DNA from: Octopus vulgaris
Taxonomy: Eukaryota
Length of the DNA: 64,000 bases
Assembly: GCA_951406725.2 (NCBI GenBank)
Contig: OX597839.1
Span: 28,830,001-28,894,000 of the forward strand
Direction of reading: 5' to 3'
Under the pieces are notes generated by a model that was given only the letters and a program-made list of their open reading frames with translations, did no database searches and was not told the origin of the DNA. Shown one piece after another: positions 11,491-24,769 of the stretch (within the stretch, counting starts at the first letter, position 1; every line of letters starts with the position of its first letter). A program made the translations under genes and the position numbers.

Positions 11491-12422
11491 TATTGAAATG
11501 GATAAATGAATTATCTTGTTACGGATTATTCAAATTATAACCGATACCTGGGTAGCAAAAATCACAACAGAAAAAATCACGGTTGGGGTATCGCAGCCGT
11601 GCCTTAGTGCGGATAATTGAAGTTGGAAGCTTGCTGCGCATTTGTTTGGAGATTTAAGTTCCTGGATTTTCCTGAAGAGAAAGCTGCAAAATGGTCTCCT
11701 TATTCAATCCGAATTAGGGACTTTGCAGCCTTTGAAACATATGTAGAAAATAAGAAAATAATAAAAAGGAATTTTGTAAAATCTTCGTCCAGCTCCATTT
11801 CTTCCCTCACTAAATATATATATATATATATATATATGAATTTAATTAGAGGACATGTTAACTTCATGAAGGTATGGTTAATTGAAACGGCTGTAAGAAA
11901 CGATGAGGACCAATTTGTGGTTAATAACAAAAATCAATAACTTCCTAATCTTCATTTTCTTTTCTTTTAAATGGATATAATGTGTATGTGTGTGAATGTA
12001 TCTTTTTGTGTCTGTGTTCGTTCCCCCACAATTGCATGACAACCGATGTTGGTACGTTTACATCTCCGTAACAAAGCGGTTCGGCAAAAATAGACCGTTA
12101 GAATTAGTACTAGGCTTACAAAGAATAAGTCCTGGGTTCAATTTGTTCGACTAAAGGCGGTGCTCAAGCATGGCCGCAGCCAATTAACTGAAACAAATAA
12201 AAATATAAAAGAATACACACGCACACACTCGACAGGCTTCTTTCAGTTTTCGTCTACCAAATCTACTCACAAAGGCTTTGGTCGGTCTGGATCTTATAGT
12301 AGGAGACATTTGCCAAAAGTGTCACGCAGTCGGACTGAACTCGAAACAATGCGGTTTGGAAGCAAGCTTCATACAACGCAACCCTGCTTTCTGCGTTCAA
12401 AGAATTAATAGGTAATGGTTTC

Positions 12423-12842
12423 GGATCTTTTCGGTTTGAACGGCAGTTTTTTCTAGCGGTGTCATATGAAATTGTTACCCATAATTATGACCCTAGTATC
12501 GATCTATTGCATTTCAATCTGTTTTAGGGCTAGGGTTAGTTAGGGTTAGGGGGAAGGGTATTTTTTCTTCACAAATGTAAATAAACCCAATCTGTTTCTT
12601 AAACGAGTGACATATTCATACGGCACAGAATGTTTTCACCTCAATAGACGTCATTGAATGGTTGAAATTGCAGAAATTGAAGGAAAAACAACAACAAATA
12701 TCTTACAAACTATAGAATTTTCTCAATAAAGCCAAGAGAAAAAGATGTTTTTTAAACACATTCTACCAGTATACGAAGTTTAAAAGTGTTTAGTTACCTA
12801 GAAATTATTTTAAAAAACTGCCGTTCAAACCGAAAAAGATCC
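12423..12842. mobile_element. MITE, monomeric member of the GGATC-terminus family
   Basis: TIRs of about 30 bp (GGATCTTTTCGGTTTGAACGGCAGTTTTT) and an exact 8-bp TSD ATGGTTTC. The interior equals one arm of the 4423-5242 palindrome. Confidence 0.92.
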
Positions 12843-13399
12843 ATGGTTTCTATTTCTAGCAGGGTAACGACCTGTTAGAGGCTTCTTCAGCTGGTTTAAC
12901 TCGTTCAGTAGGATTTTCAAAAAAAAGTTTTCGATCAATTCTTTTTTTCAATGGCGGACATTGTAGCGACATAATTGTCGTGCATGTCCGGGCAGGGTGA
13001 CCTGCAAAATATTTGAAGTCTCGGTTAGACAAAGCAAAAATCCGGGCAGAATATTGATGTTGAAGCAAGACACCAAAAAAATATAAATGAAATAATATAA
13101 AATAAAGAACGAAACAACAAAGCGGGGAGAGGAAAATATATTGTGTGAGTGTGTGGCGAATGTATGTATGTATGTGTGCTTGTGAATGGATGTGGGTGAG
13201 TGTGTTTGCGTCTCGAACAAAAGCAAAAATGAATAAGGTCGAAGGTCACAGTTTAAAAGAAGGGAAGAAAATAAAAAAGAAAATCGGTCTATCGGCCAGG
13301 AGCAAGGATTATCACGTGATTCTGCACCCCCTTATTCTCTCTCCCTTCAACCATCTCTTATCTTTCTTTCTCTATCAACCGATCTTTCTTATCTATCAG

Positions 13400-13780
13400 T
13401 CTCTCTCCCTCTCTATCTATCTATCCTTCTGTTGACCTCTTACCTATCTACCTACTTATCCATCCATCTGTCTATTCATGTATGTATCTGCCTACCTCTC
13501 TACCTATTTATCAGTCTATTTGTAGATAGTCTATCTCTCTGTCTGCCTCTATCTATCTATCTATGCCTATCTTTCTGTCGAGCTGTTTGTCTGTCTATCT
13601 GCCTACCTATTTATCAATCTGTTTGTCGGTAGTCTATCTATCTCTCTGTCTGCCTCTATCTGTCTATCTCTCTCTCTCTCTGTGTCTGCCTCTATCTATC
13701 TATCTATCTTTCTGCCTCTATCTATCTATCTCTCTGTCTGCCTCTATCTATCTATCTATCTATCTATCTCTCTGTCTGCC

Positions 13781-13811
<31 letters not shown>

Positions 13812-14097
13812 CTCTGTCTGCCTCTATCTATCTATCTATCTATCTATCTCTCTGTGTCTGCCTCTATCTATCTATCTATCTCTCTGTCTGCCTCTATCTA
13901 TCTATCTATCTCTCTGTCTGCCTCTATCTATCTATCTATCTCTCTGTGTCTGCCTCTATCTATCTATCTATCTCTCTGTCTGCCTCTATCTATCTATCTC
14001 TCTGTGTCTGCCTCTATCTATCTATCTATCTCTCTGTCTGCCTCTATCTATCTATCTATCTATCTCTCTGTCTGCCTCTATCTATCTGTCTGTCTCA
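13400..14097. repeat. Compound (TCTA)n / TCTCTGTCTGCC minisatellite
   Basis: Unit of about 30 bp, TCTCTGTCTGCC(TCTA)n, repeated many times. Confidence 0.92.
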
Positions 14098-14661
14098 GAT
14101 TCTCTTGGCGCCTTTTAAGTTTACGCAGTGACTGATACAAAGAGGTTTCTAACAAACGAACAAACAAACAAATAAATGTGTTTCCAAACGACTGACAAAT
14201 ACACATTAAACCATTTGACAAACAGTTCAGAAGCTGAATGATGATGTCATGTCTGTTCTAACCAATTGGACGTTTGCTTTTGCTTTTTTCACCGGCATCT
14301 TTTCTTTCCCCTCTTTTTTCAAACCACCCATTCTCGTTTTTAAACGACGACATTGTTTCAGAGCAGATGGCGTTAAATCTTTTATTACACTCATACCAAA
14401 CCAGCTATTATTCTGTCATACATTTTACTGTTTCCAGTCATTGGATTGCGACCAGGCTGGGGCATTGACGCCAAAGTTTTTTTTAGTGGGTCATATTGAC
14501 CTTAGCTCTTTTTTTCTTTATGTCTGGACCCTCCTTAATTGAAGTGTAATTTCGTATTTGACACGAAACACTAGTTCCTCTTTTTCTCTGGTCGATTCCT
14601 GTAGCCATTCAATGTTTTAAAAAATCCTATTATATTAGATATTATATTCATTTCAAATTTT

Positions 14662-15071
14662 GGATCTTTTCGCAGATTTTTAAAATAATTTCTTTGTAAC
14701 TAAAAAAATTTTTAACTTCGTATACTGGTAGAATGTGTTTATAAAATATCTTTTTCTCTTGGCTTTCTTGAGAAAATTCTGTAGTTTGTAAGATATTTGT
14801 TGTTTATTTTCTTGCATTTCGGCAATTTCAACCAATCAGTGACGTCTATTGAGGTGAAAACAATTTCTGCCGTAGTCTGTCAACAGCAATAAATTTTTTC
14901 AGCTGAATATACGTCATTGATTGGTTGAAATTACCGAAATACGAGACCTTAAACTTATAATTACGAAGTAATTTCACGTTATTCTCAAAAGTGCTAAGAG
15001 TAAAAGATGTTTTATATGACACATTCTACCAGGGTAATTTTTTAAATCTGTAGGTCAAAAAGTAAAGATCC
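14662..15071. mobile_element. Diverged GGATC-terminus palindromic element
   Basis: GGATC...GATCC ends with degenerate inverted arms homologous to 12423-12842. No TSD visible. Confidence 0.7.
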
Positions 15072-15092
15072 ATTATATATATATATAATGGA

Positions 15093-15422
15093 TCTTTACT
15101 ATATATATGAGTGTGTGTGTGTGTGTATAGGACAGACACTTATGCATTCCAAAATCGAGTTACAAATTTTGACGTATGGGATATCAAAAGATTCGGTACT
15201 ATTTCGGCTACAAATTAAACTTAATTTCCATTCACATATTTGCATTTCAAAAATTTAACTTTATAATCTTTTCCATAAATCAACTACCGTAAACATTTTA
15301 CACGATGACTTCACATTTTCTATATGTGTGTGGACCTTAAAAAACGTCAGACATCACGACACACACCTTCACTCCCTCACTCTATCTATCTTTTCACTCT
15401 CTTTCTCTCTCTCACGCACGCG

Positions 15423-15474
<52 letters not shown>

Positions 15475-16799
15475 TTTCATATACACCTACATACATTTCT
15501 TTCAATTTCTGCTCTCTTCAAATAAATTTTTACAGAATGAGCGGGAGAAGCACAAAATGAGCCACAAATACCCGTTAATAATTATCACAGCGGTTGCAAG
15601 GTATTTACACTTACATATTTACCCTTAAATTAAAATTTATATATATATTAAGAAATTTATCTATGATAATTATTGTGGTATTTACCGCTAAATTAGCAGT
15701 TCATACACGTGCTTCTATTTGGTTAATTTATATTGCATACAAAAGTAAAAACATGCTACATTCATACAACTGCTTACAAAAACAGGGATTAATGTGTAAT
15801 TTCTTTCAATGTTCATAATTTTTTGTTTACAATATTGGGAAAAATATGCCACCTAAGAAAAGACAATCTCCCCAGAAACAAGTATAAAGCAAGGAGGATT
15901 GAAGAAAACCGAAGGCAAGAGTCTGAAGAGAGATGAGATTTTCTCAAGATCAGCAAATGGATGTTGCAGCACTTAATAATGGTGGATCATTAAATCAGTG
16001 TTTTAATGATTCGACAGAGGTCCAATAAAATAGCTCTCAGAAACAGACTATGTACAAATTCGTTCTTCACAACTCCTGAAGCTGTTTTCAGATATGATCC
16101 ACCCCATTCTTATAAAAATTAAAACTCTGTCCAAATTGGTGTACAAAACACAAATTGTCTTTTCTATAGAGCTTCAAAATTTCCAAATGGAACAAATGGT
16201 ATGTGCTTGCTCAGGCGGTCAGGTAACATTGCCAGCACTACTAGCTCTTTCTCAACATCTTATGGATCTTCTTGAAGGCACTTCCATCCAGTCAAAGGAT
16301 TTTCTGAACAATATCAGACAATACAACTCTGCATTTCAAATGGCATCGTTTGGTGCATCTTATGAGAGAGTTAAATATGAATTGATGCCGACGTCGAAGT
16401 TCAAGGGCAAGGAATCACCTCATTGGTTCCATGCTACTCACAAATGAAAGACCACAGTTCTTCCAAGTTTATTTCATGAGTAATATAAGACAACAAACCC
16501 GAAGGAGGTGTCAAAATTTCAGACACACGCCGACTGCTGCAAAAGAGAGTATATTCACTGACAGCTTTTCGGTACGTTCAAAAATCACATAGCCCCTACA
16601 CCCAATTTTCCATGACAGGTTTGGGCCTAAATAAAATACTCCAAACGGTGTTGCGTAGTTGAATTAGACCATCATTTACTCCACAAATGTTTTGTTGTCA
16701 ATGCTGCACTTTCCCATATCACCTGTTTCAACATAACTGTAATATATTATATACAAACTATGCCATTTTAATTCCGAGCAAAGTCGGGTGTCTCTGCTA

Positions 16800-16800
<1 letters not shown>
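15093..16800 (+). mobile_element. Internally deleted Helitron with Rep-Hel N-terminal remnant
   Basis: Putative A|TCTTTACTATATA start and MPPKKR start at about 15846. ORF 16094-16447 has CSGGQVTLP...SKDFLNNIRQYNSAFQMASFG, typical of the Helitron Rep-Hel N-terminus. Hairpin plus CTAG|T at 16774-16800. The 5' boundary is less certain. Confidence 0.8.
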
Positions 16801-16865
<65 letters not shown>

Positions 16866-18234
16866 TTGTTGTTTATACACCTGTCTTCGTCTTTTGTCTT
16901 TCTGTGAATTTCAATATAATAATATATATATATCAACGGCTGCATCTTGAAAACAGCACTAAAACAGAATTTCTGTCACATTTATTGTATTCAAAATACA
17001 TGAACATTAACCTATCAGGTTATATTGCACACACACACACACACACTCACATACAATAATATATACATAATATATTATCAATAAATTTCAATACATATAT
17101 GTGTGTGTATGAGAACGTGCGTGTGTGTATGTATGTATGTCTGCCTGTATATATGTATGGGTATGTGTTACGTATACATTCATGTATACGAGAAAAGGGA
17201 AAGATGGAGAGAGAGAAGGGGGGAAGCTACAGAAAGAGGGATGGGAAGAGAGAATAGCAGAGACAGACGAAGACAAAGAGGGAAAAATAGAGAGAGAAGA
17301 GCAAGAAAAAGGGAAGATAGAAAGAGAAGAGGAAGAAAAAGGGAAGATAGACAGAGGAGGAGGAAGAAGGAAGGTGTAAAAGTAGAGAGGGAGAAACGGA
17401 AAGTTTCCTTTTCGTAGCAGACGATAATGTCGGCCATTTTGTTCTATAAAACATTTGCAAAGATGAAGGCGTAACTTTCCCTCCTGTTGCATGGAAAAAG
17501 ATGACAATGACTAAAGATGGTTGGACATGGGTAATGACCACATGGACGAAGGCAAGTGTGTGTTTGGTGGATGTGATTGTGACGCTGGTGATGGTGATAC
17601 TGAGTATCATGGTCTTTAATTGAGGCAGCAGTGGTGGTGGTGGTGGTGGTGGTGACGGTGGTGGTGGTGGTGGTGGTGGTGGTGGTTGTCATCGTTCATG
17701 GCTTTGATGTCAACGGTCAAGCTTGTTGTAATGGTGGTGGTGGTGATGGTTGTGACAGCAGTCACTTTTGGTACCGCTGGTGGGGGTGTTGGGGGCGGTG
17801 CAGGTGCTAGTCTAATCTCATCTAATCTTCTAATATATAAATCCTGTTCTGTCTGTCTGTCTGTGCCACTTATAACTCGAGTATTGTTCATCCGATCACA
17901 CTGAAATTTTAAACACGGATACATGAGAGAGCAGGGCGTTCCGTAATCTAAAAAGATTTTCAAAATTGTCAGTTTCAAAGTGAGAATCGCTATTTTTGTA
18001 ATTTTGTTTTGTCCTATTCTGTCATCCTGTTCATTAAAAGCAATGAGTTGCCCAGACAGCCGGCACATACCATTTCGCTGGCAACAAGGATAGTACAAGG
18101 AGGAGAGTCAGCCAAAACTGTCGCTATGCTGTCTCTCTTCTTTCCTCTCTCTGTCTCAATACGTTGAAGGCTCAATACAATTATCCAACTTAAAGCAACA
18201 GTCGTCAAATGCAAAACCCCAAAGAACTGTTAAT

Positions 18235-18454
18235 ACACCTCTTTCGATCTCTTTCAAATGCTATGCGTGGAGTTTTGCTTAATACTGCTGCAGAATTGAG
18301 AGCTTGGCTGGATCAATTTTTCGAGTCGAAATCGGGTGATTTCTAGCAACGAGGTATTGAAAAGAAGTTGTAAACAACAAGGGTTGATACATTATTGATT
18401 GTTATTTTTTATTAAACCTTTTAAAAAATGGCGGGAGCTTAGTTGCCAACCCAA
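18235..18454 (+). mobile_element. Mariner 3' fragment
   Basis: Reads HLFRSLSNAMRG...WLDQFFESKSGDF*QRGIEK, then TIR-like GTTGCCAACCCAA|TA. Confidence 0.8.
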
Positions 18455-18570
18455 TAAATATATATTATATATGTGTGTACACACATTATATATTATATTT
18501 GTGTGTACACACACACTCACACACATATATATATACACACCTCCACAAACACACACACATATATATACGG

Positions 18571-18878
18571 ATAGTAGTATCGCCCGGCGTTGCTCGGGTT
18601 TGTAAGGGAAATAACTATATAAGCATTTTTAGAGAGTTACTTCCCTTATATAACCCGAGCAAAAATCATTAAAAATGCGGAAAAATGATGGTAAATTTTT
18701 TTTTAAAATCGTAGACTCATCGTAGACGCGCGCTAATACCCAGAAGGGCTCGATATGAATGACGACTATAAGATACCTGCTTTTGGTTAAACTGCACCGC
18801 AAAATTTGGGAGTAGTTAGGAATCTAAATCGGAGGAGACAGAGTCTCACACACACAACTTCAATTTTATATATAAAGA
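18571..18878 (-). mobile_element. Non-autonomous Helitron (family of 9844-10143)
   Basis: Reverse complement of 9844-10143 over its length. Confidence 0.88.
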
Positions 18879-19024
18879 TGTATATTGAGTATGTAAGTAC
18901 AGGCAGGATGAGAGCATGTGGCTTAGTGGTTAGGTTGTTGCATTCATGATCACAAGATCATGGTTTCAATTCACAGACCGGATGAAATGTTCTGTTCTTG
19001 AGTAAAGCACTTCATCTCCTGTTG

Positions 19025-19448
19025 CTCAGTGACCACTCTCTTTAAACTCTTTTACTTGTTTCAGTCATTTGACTGTGGCCATGCTGGAGCACCGCCTTTA
19101 GTCAAGCAAATCGACCCCAGGACTTATTCTTTGTAAGCCTAGTACTTATTCTATCAGGTCTTTTGCCGAACCGCTAAGTTACAGGGGTGTAAACACACCA
19201 GCATTGGTTGTCAAGTGATGTTGGGGGTGGGGACAAACACAGACACACAAACATATACACACACACATACATATATATATACATATATTTTGATGGGCTT
19301 TTTTCAGTTTCCATCTACCAAATCCACTCACAAGGCTTTGGTCGGCCCAAGGCTATAGTAGAAGCCACTTGCCAAAGGTGCCACGCAGTGGGACTGAACC
19401 CGGAACCATGTGGTTGGTAAGCAAGCTACTTACCACACAGCCACTCCT
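19025..19448 (-). mobile_element. SINE family A, full length
   Basis: Family match with CpG decay. Confidence 0.85.
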
Positions 19449-19940
19449 ATACCTTGACAATATACCCTATTTCTGTACAAGCAATGTCAGTTGGATGGAA
19501 ACAAAAAAACATCTCTTCATATTGTCCAGTAAGAAATAGAAGAACCTTCAGCTGTCATCCAAACTAGGAAAGTCCACGGAAAAGTAGAAGTCCATCCTGG
19601 AATAGTGAAACGGTACTCAAACTGAAGGGAGAGTTATTTATGATCAAAACAGCTGGTAGTACTTCATATTTGCTTATTCAGATTTTGTGTTTCTGATAAT
19701 CAGATTGGATATGAAGTACATTGACTCAGCTCACTTCAGATCCAGAGGAAATTTGAATAACTAGAAGTGAAGGTCCAGCTGTCACAATCACACATACATA
19801 CATACATACATACACACACACATACATAAATATATTGTTGACATCATGATTATTTATAAACTTTCAGAATGTGGAAATTTTATTTTTTGGGGGATCTTGA
19901 GGCAGATGAAGAAGCTATACATGCATATATATATATATAT

Positions 19941-20323
19941 ATATATATATAAACGGCAGTTTGTCTGTGTGTGTTTCTGTGTGTCTGTTAGGTTGTACCC
20001 TCACCCTGACCATGGCTTTCAACCAATTCTGATGAAACTTGACACACTCATAGCCCAATGTCATAATTCAAAACTAACGCAGCGAAAATTTTGAAAAGTT
20101 CCCCCAGTTCTGAAAAAAATCGATAAATTCGACATGGGGTCGAGAATCAGAAACACAAACCACAGACTGTCTAGGGGACGCAACTCGACCTTTTTTAACT
20201 CTCAAAAAAAATTTACCATCATTTCTTTTTCCATTTTTTTGCTATTTTTTGGCTATAACTCTCTAAAAATGCTTTATAGTTATTTCCCTTACAAACCTGA
20301 GCAACGCTGGGCGATACTGCTAG
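19941..20323 (+). mobile_element. Non-autonomous Helitron
   Basis: Shares the 3' region, hairpin and CTAG|T end with 9844-10143 but has a different 5' half. Confidence 0.82.
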
Positions 20324-20747
20324 TATATATATAAATATGTAGAAAAATACAAACTGGGACAAGAACGTAAGACATTTAGAAGACGATACAAAAAACACAG
20401 ACGGGACATTCAAAGCCTTCAATCTTCAGTCAAGAACCGGATCATCCTAGCAATTTCAGCTGATTAATCTTGAGATCGCCCCGATCCGACCAGCCCCAAG
20501 GAAAAACTAAGCTACGAGCATTAGATTTCTTGGAAGAAGGATCGAATGTATACGAAACAGGGGCAGAAAAACGGACGATGCCACACGAATATAAAATACA
20601 AAAAACAATAATGGTAAAAACAGGACAAAAACAGCAGGTGTCTTACGGCTAATAAACAGTACAACAAGTTTAGCTGGCGTATTTGGAAATAATACCTTTA
20701 TATATATATATATACACACACACACATGTACATACATATGTATGTAT

Positions 20748-20782
<35 letters not shown>

Positions 20783-21054
20783 ACGTATGTATGACATGTA
20801 TGTATGGCACACACACATACATGTACATACGTATGTGTGTGTGTCTTTGCATTTGTGTCCATTCATCACCACTGCTTCACGCATAGTGTTGGTGTATTTA
20901 TGTTCTTGTAACTTAGCAGTTTGGCAAAAGAGACTGATAGAATGAATTTGTTTTACAAGATTCCTGATTTGAAACCATTTGTTGAAACAGATATTGTTGC
21001 ATTTCAGGATGCTCTTTTTTTTACCAACTAAACACACACACTATGTTTTCGTGC

Positions 21055-21480
21055 TTTTTACGTGCCACCGGCACAGGTATTACATCTACAATTTCCATTT
21101 GATTGTTTGATGTTGATGTACTTGACTCAATAGGACTCCTGAAGTACAGCAGGTCGTCCTGTGATCCATGGTACTTTGGATGGGCTGGGGCTTCAATGTG
21201 AAGCTGGTGCAAGAAACAGCCATGAACTCCCGTTATTTGTCAGGTCTTCGCAGTCACAGCATATCTCCAGAGGTCTCAGTCTTCCGTCATTGCCTCTGTG
21301 AGGCCCAACATTCGATGGTCATGCTTGATCACATCATCCCATGTCTTCCTGGGTTTACCTCTACCCCGGATTCCTTCAACTGTTTGGGAGTGGCACTTCT
21401 TCACACATCTCTACCCATCCATCCGTAGTACATGACCATACCAGCGCAGATGTCTCTCTTGCATGCCACATCCAATGCTT
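21055..21480 (-). mobile_element. RTE LINE 3' fragment
   Basis: Minus strand reads LRWYGHVLRMD...VEGIRGRGKPRKTWDDVIKHDHRMLGLTEAM. Confidence 0.82.
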
Positions 21481-22929
21481 GTGTGTGTATGTATGCATAT
21501 ACATTAACACATGGGGGATAGCTTTGGCAAATCTCTCTTAGGAGATGCTAATTTGATCAAGGAAGGCTACAGTGGAAGACACTTACCCTTGATACCACAA
21601 TGTGCAGATTGAACTCTAACTGAAGGGGTGATGAAACCAACCTTTTAACCACCTGGTTGTGTATACACTTATGTATTGATTTATCCATTGGCGTTTTGTA
21701 CAACATGCTAAACTTTGTAGAACTGACTTGTTTTCTCTCAGCATTCGTCACATCGGGAACTGACCCCAGACCAATGTTTAAAATCTCTAAGTAATGAAGA
21801 AGGGATTCATCATCATCATCATCATCATATGCTTGTTTTTCCATGCTGGCATGGATTGGATGGTTTGACTGGAGCTAGTAAGGCCAGGGGATGCACTAGG
21901 GCCCATTGTCTGTCCTGGCATGGTTTCTACAGCTGGATGCCCACCACTGCATAGAGTGTACAGGGTACTTTTAACATGGTACCAGCACGAGTGCTTTTTA
22001 TGTGGTACCATCATCAATATCAGTTCTGCAGATGGGTCTTCTTGAGTACAGCAATGTGCCAGATATCTTGGTCCTTTGTCATTTCTTTTGTAAGGGTCAG
22101 TGTCTTGAGAGCAGCCTTCAGTACTTCGTCCCATGCCTTCTGTGATATTTGATCTTGTTTGGAGCAATTTTAATGAATTTTATTGTCTTAACTTAGCAAT
22201 CACTTCTGGGGGTATATAAAATGAAAGAAACATTGACCAAGATGCTGTGTAATGAGATTGAACTGGAAACCACGAGTGCGCAAAGCAAACTTCTTTGCTG
22301 CAGAGCCATACTCGTGCCCTCTGTATGAATTCTTTTAGTCTTTTAGCAGCTGTTTCAGTCATTAACCTTGGCAGCAAAAATGGATAAATAAATAATAAAT
22401 GAATAAATATATTAGATAAAAATATAAATAAACCCTATAAAAACAGACTCCAGACGTAAATATGTTTAAATGAATATACGTGTCTGTGTTAGGTGAAAGA
22501 TGTATTCTGTGAATAGGATAGCCTTGTAAAATACCCAACCAGTCAAATCATGCGCTGGGGGGTTTCAGTTTACCCTTATTAAACACACTGGCAACACTGT
22601 TTTTAGAGCAAGCTTGTTGCAAATCAGTGACTGATGGTTGTTTTGCTTACTATCTATTGCTTGCTGGAGTGAGAGTGGACTTCGGTCATCTCTCTGGCAT
22701 CCTGGTGTTTGTGATTGAGGACCAGCAAGCTGGCTCAAAACTGAATCGCTCTTACAATCTTGTCGAGCTGGCAGAAACGTTAGCACACCGGGCGAAATGC
22801 TTAGCGGTATTTCGTCTGCGTTACGTTGTGAGTTCAAATTCCGCCTGCACTCATAACCAGCTGGCCAAAGATCTACCTGAGGTCAAACTAGTAGTAACAT
22901 TGAATGGCCATATTGATGTTGCAATTAAC

Positions 22930-23063
22930 TTCAACGTTCAAAGGTCGCGCTTAACCACTTCGTCTCATGTCTTCCTGGGTCTAACTCTTCCACAGGTTCC
23001 TTCCACTGTTAAGTTGTGACACTTCTTCACACAGCTGTCCTCATCCATATGCAACACATGACC
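22930..23063 (-). mobile_element. RTE LINE fragment
   Basis: Minus strand reads GHVLHMDEDSCVKKCHNLTVEGTCGRVRPRKT. Confidence 0.78.
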
Positions 23064-23064
23064 T

Positions 23065-23126
<62 letters not shown>

Positions 23127-23209
23127 TATGTATGTATGTATATGTGTATATACATATGATTGTTTCATTATGTATGTATATGTGTATATAAATACGATTG
23201 TTTCAATAC

Positions 23210-23311
23210 ATCCTGCATCGCTTCCTTGCACCTGATGAGATGTTTCTGCACAAGGAGATGAACCGAAATTAATTGTATAGTTTTAACAAATGCGAGTGAG
23301 CGATGCAGGAT
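23210..23311 (+). ncRNA. Hammerhead-like motif (CUGAUGA...GAAA) inside a long stem
   Basis: Core at 23232-23238 and GAAA at 23265-23268. A 13-bp perfect stem pairs 23210-23222 with 23299-23311. Stem II and the 3' junction are imperfect. Confidence 0.4.
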
Positions 23312-23476
23312 ATGTCAAAATGATTGTTGAGATAATAAAGTTTGCTGTGTATTCCATTGTCTGTCTCTGTCCTTTCTGTTATACTCAATGTGTATATATG
23401 TGTATGTGTGTGTACATATACACACACACAGACAAATATAAAAAATACTACTTCATAATAATAACATTATTTCCCT

Positions 23477-23575
23477 AGCGTGGCATCTTGGGCAAGTGTC
23501 TTCTGCTATAGCCCCGGGCCGACCAATGCCTTGTGAGTGGATTTGGTAGACGGAAACTGAAAGAAGCCTGTCGTA

Positions 23576-23606
<31 letters not shown>

Positions 23607-23815
23607 GCGTGTGTGTGTTTGTCCCCCTAGCATTGCTTGACAACCGATGCTGGTGTGTTTACGTCCCCATCACTTAGCGGTTCGGCAAAAGAGACCGATA
23701 GAATAAGTACTGGGCTTACAAAGAATAAGTCTCGGGGTCGATTTGCTCGACTAAAGGCGGTGCTCCAGCATGGCCGCAGTCAAATGACTGAAACAAGTAA
23801 AAGAGTAAAGAGTAA
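23477..23815 (+). mobile_element. SINE family A, 5'-truncated
   Basis: Family match. Confidence 0.85.
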
Positions 23816-23827
23816 AAAGAGACAGCG

Positions 23828-23859
<32 letters not shown>

Positions 23860-24224
23860 GTGAAAGGTGAAGGGAGAGGAGATGAAATATTAATACAGTG
23901 AAGGAGAAATAGTGAGAGTAATTGCCATGGCTGAGAGGGAGTGAGAGAAAATAATGATAATGAGAAAGATGAAACAAAGTGGCAGAGAGAGAGAGTCATT
24001 TGAATGAGGAAGGAAGGGGTGATAGATGAAAAAAGAAAGGAAGAGGTGAAAAGCCTATAAACAGCATTTGAAGTGTGAGTATATGTGTGTGTAAAAGAGA
24101 GGTATGTATGCGTGTGTGTGTGTGTGTGTACAATAGAAATGGGATAGCAATGTTCAATGCTGAAAATGTGTGAGTATATGTGTGTATGTGTGTGCATATA
24201 CATGTAAAGTAAACAAAATATAAA

Positions 24225-24425
24225 AAAATAATCCAGAATCTTTGTCCAGGACTTGGTCAATCCCCAAATCTAATCAGCTCATGTCAGTCACGAGGCCAAA
24301 CATCCCTGAAAGTTTCATCCAAATCCATCCAGCGGTTCTTGAGATATCTTGTCCACGGACAAACAAGGAAACAAACAAACACAACTGAAAACAATACTTC
24401 CGCCTTTGCTCAGGCGGAAGTAATA
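24225..24425. mobile_element. HINE/DINE-1-like (Helentron-associated) element fragment
   Basis: (AAAC)n tract and terminal 11-bp hairpin TACTTCCGCCT/AGGCGGAAGTA. Homologous to 59266-59557. Confidence 0.6.
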
Positions 24426-24769
24426 AAGGTAAGAAATAGAAACGAAAGGGTTAAGGAGGGATGTTTGCCAGCTTGTTGTCATGCTATAACAGATGTGGGA
24501 GGATGTAGGGACTTTTATGAAGTGTGGTAAACGGAACGATCCGGAAGGATATGGATAAAAATAATAACAACCAATGAGGATAAACACAACTGATGATGGT
24601 GGATCAACAGAATAGGCATCATCATCATCATCATCGACATCACCACCACCTTCACCATATATGTGTGTATACGATGCATGTATATGTGTGTGTAATTGTG
24701 TATGCGTATGTATGTGTGTGTGTGCATGTGCGTGTTATTACTATTATTATCCTTTTTTTTCTTATTATT

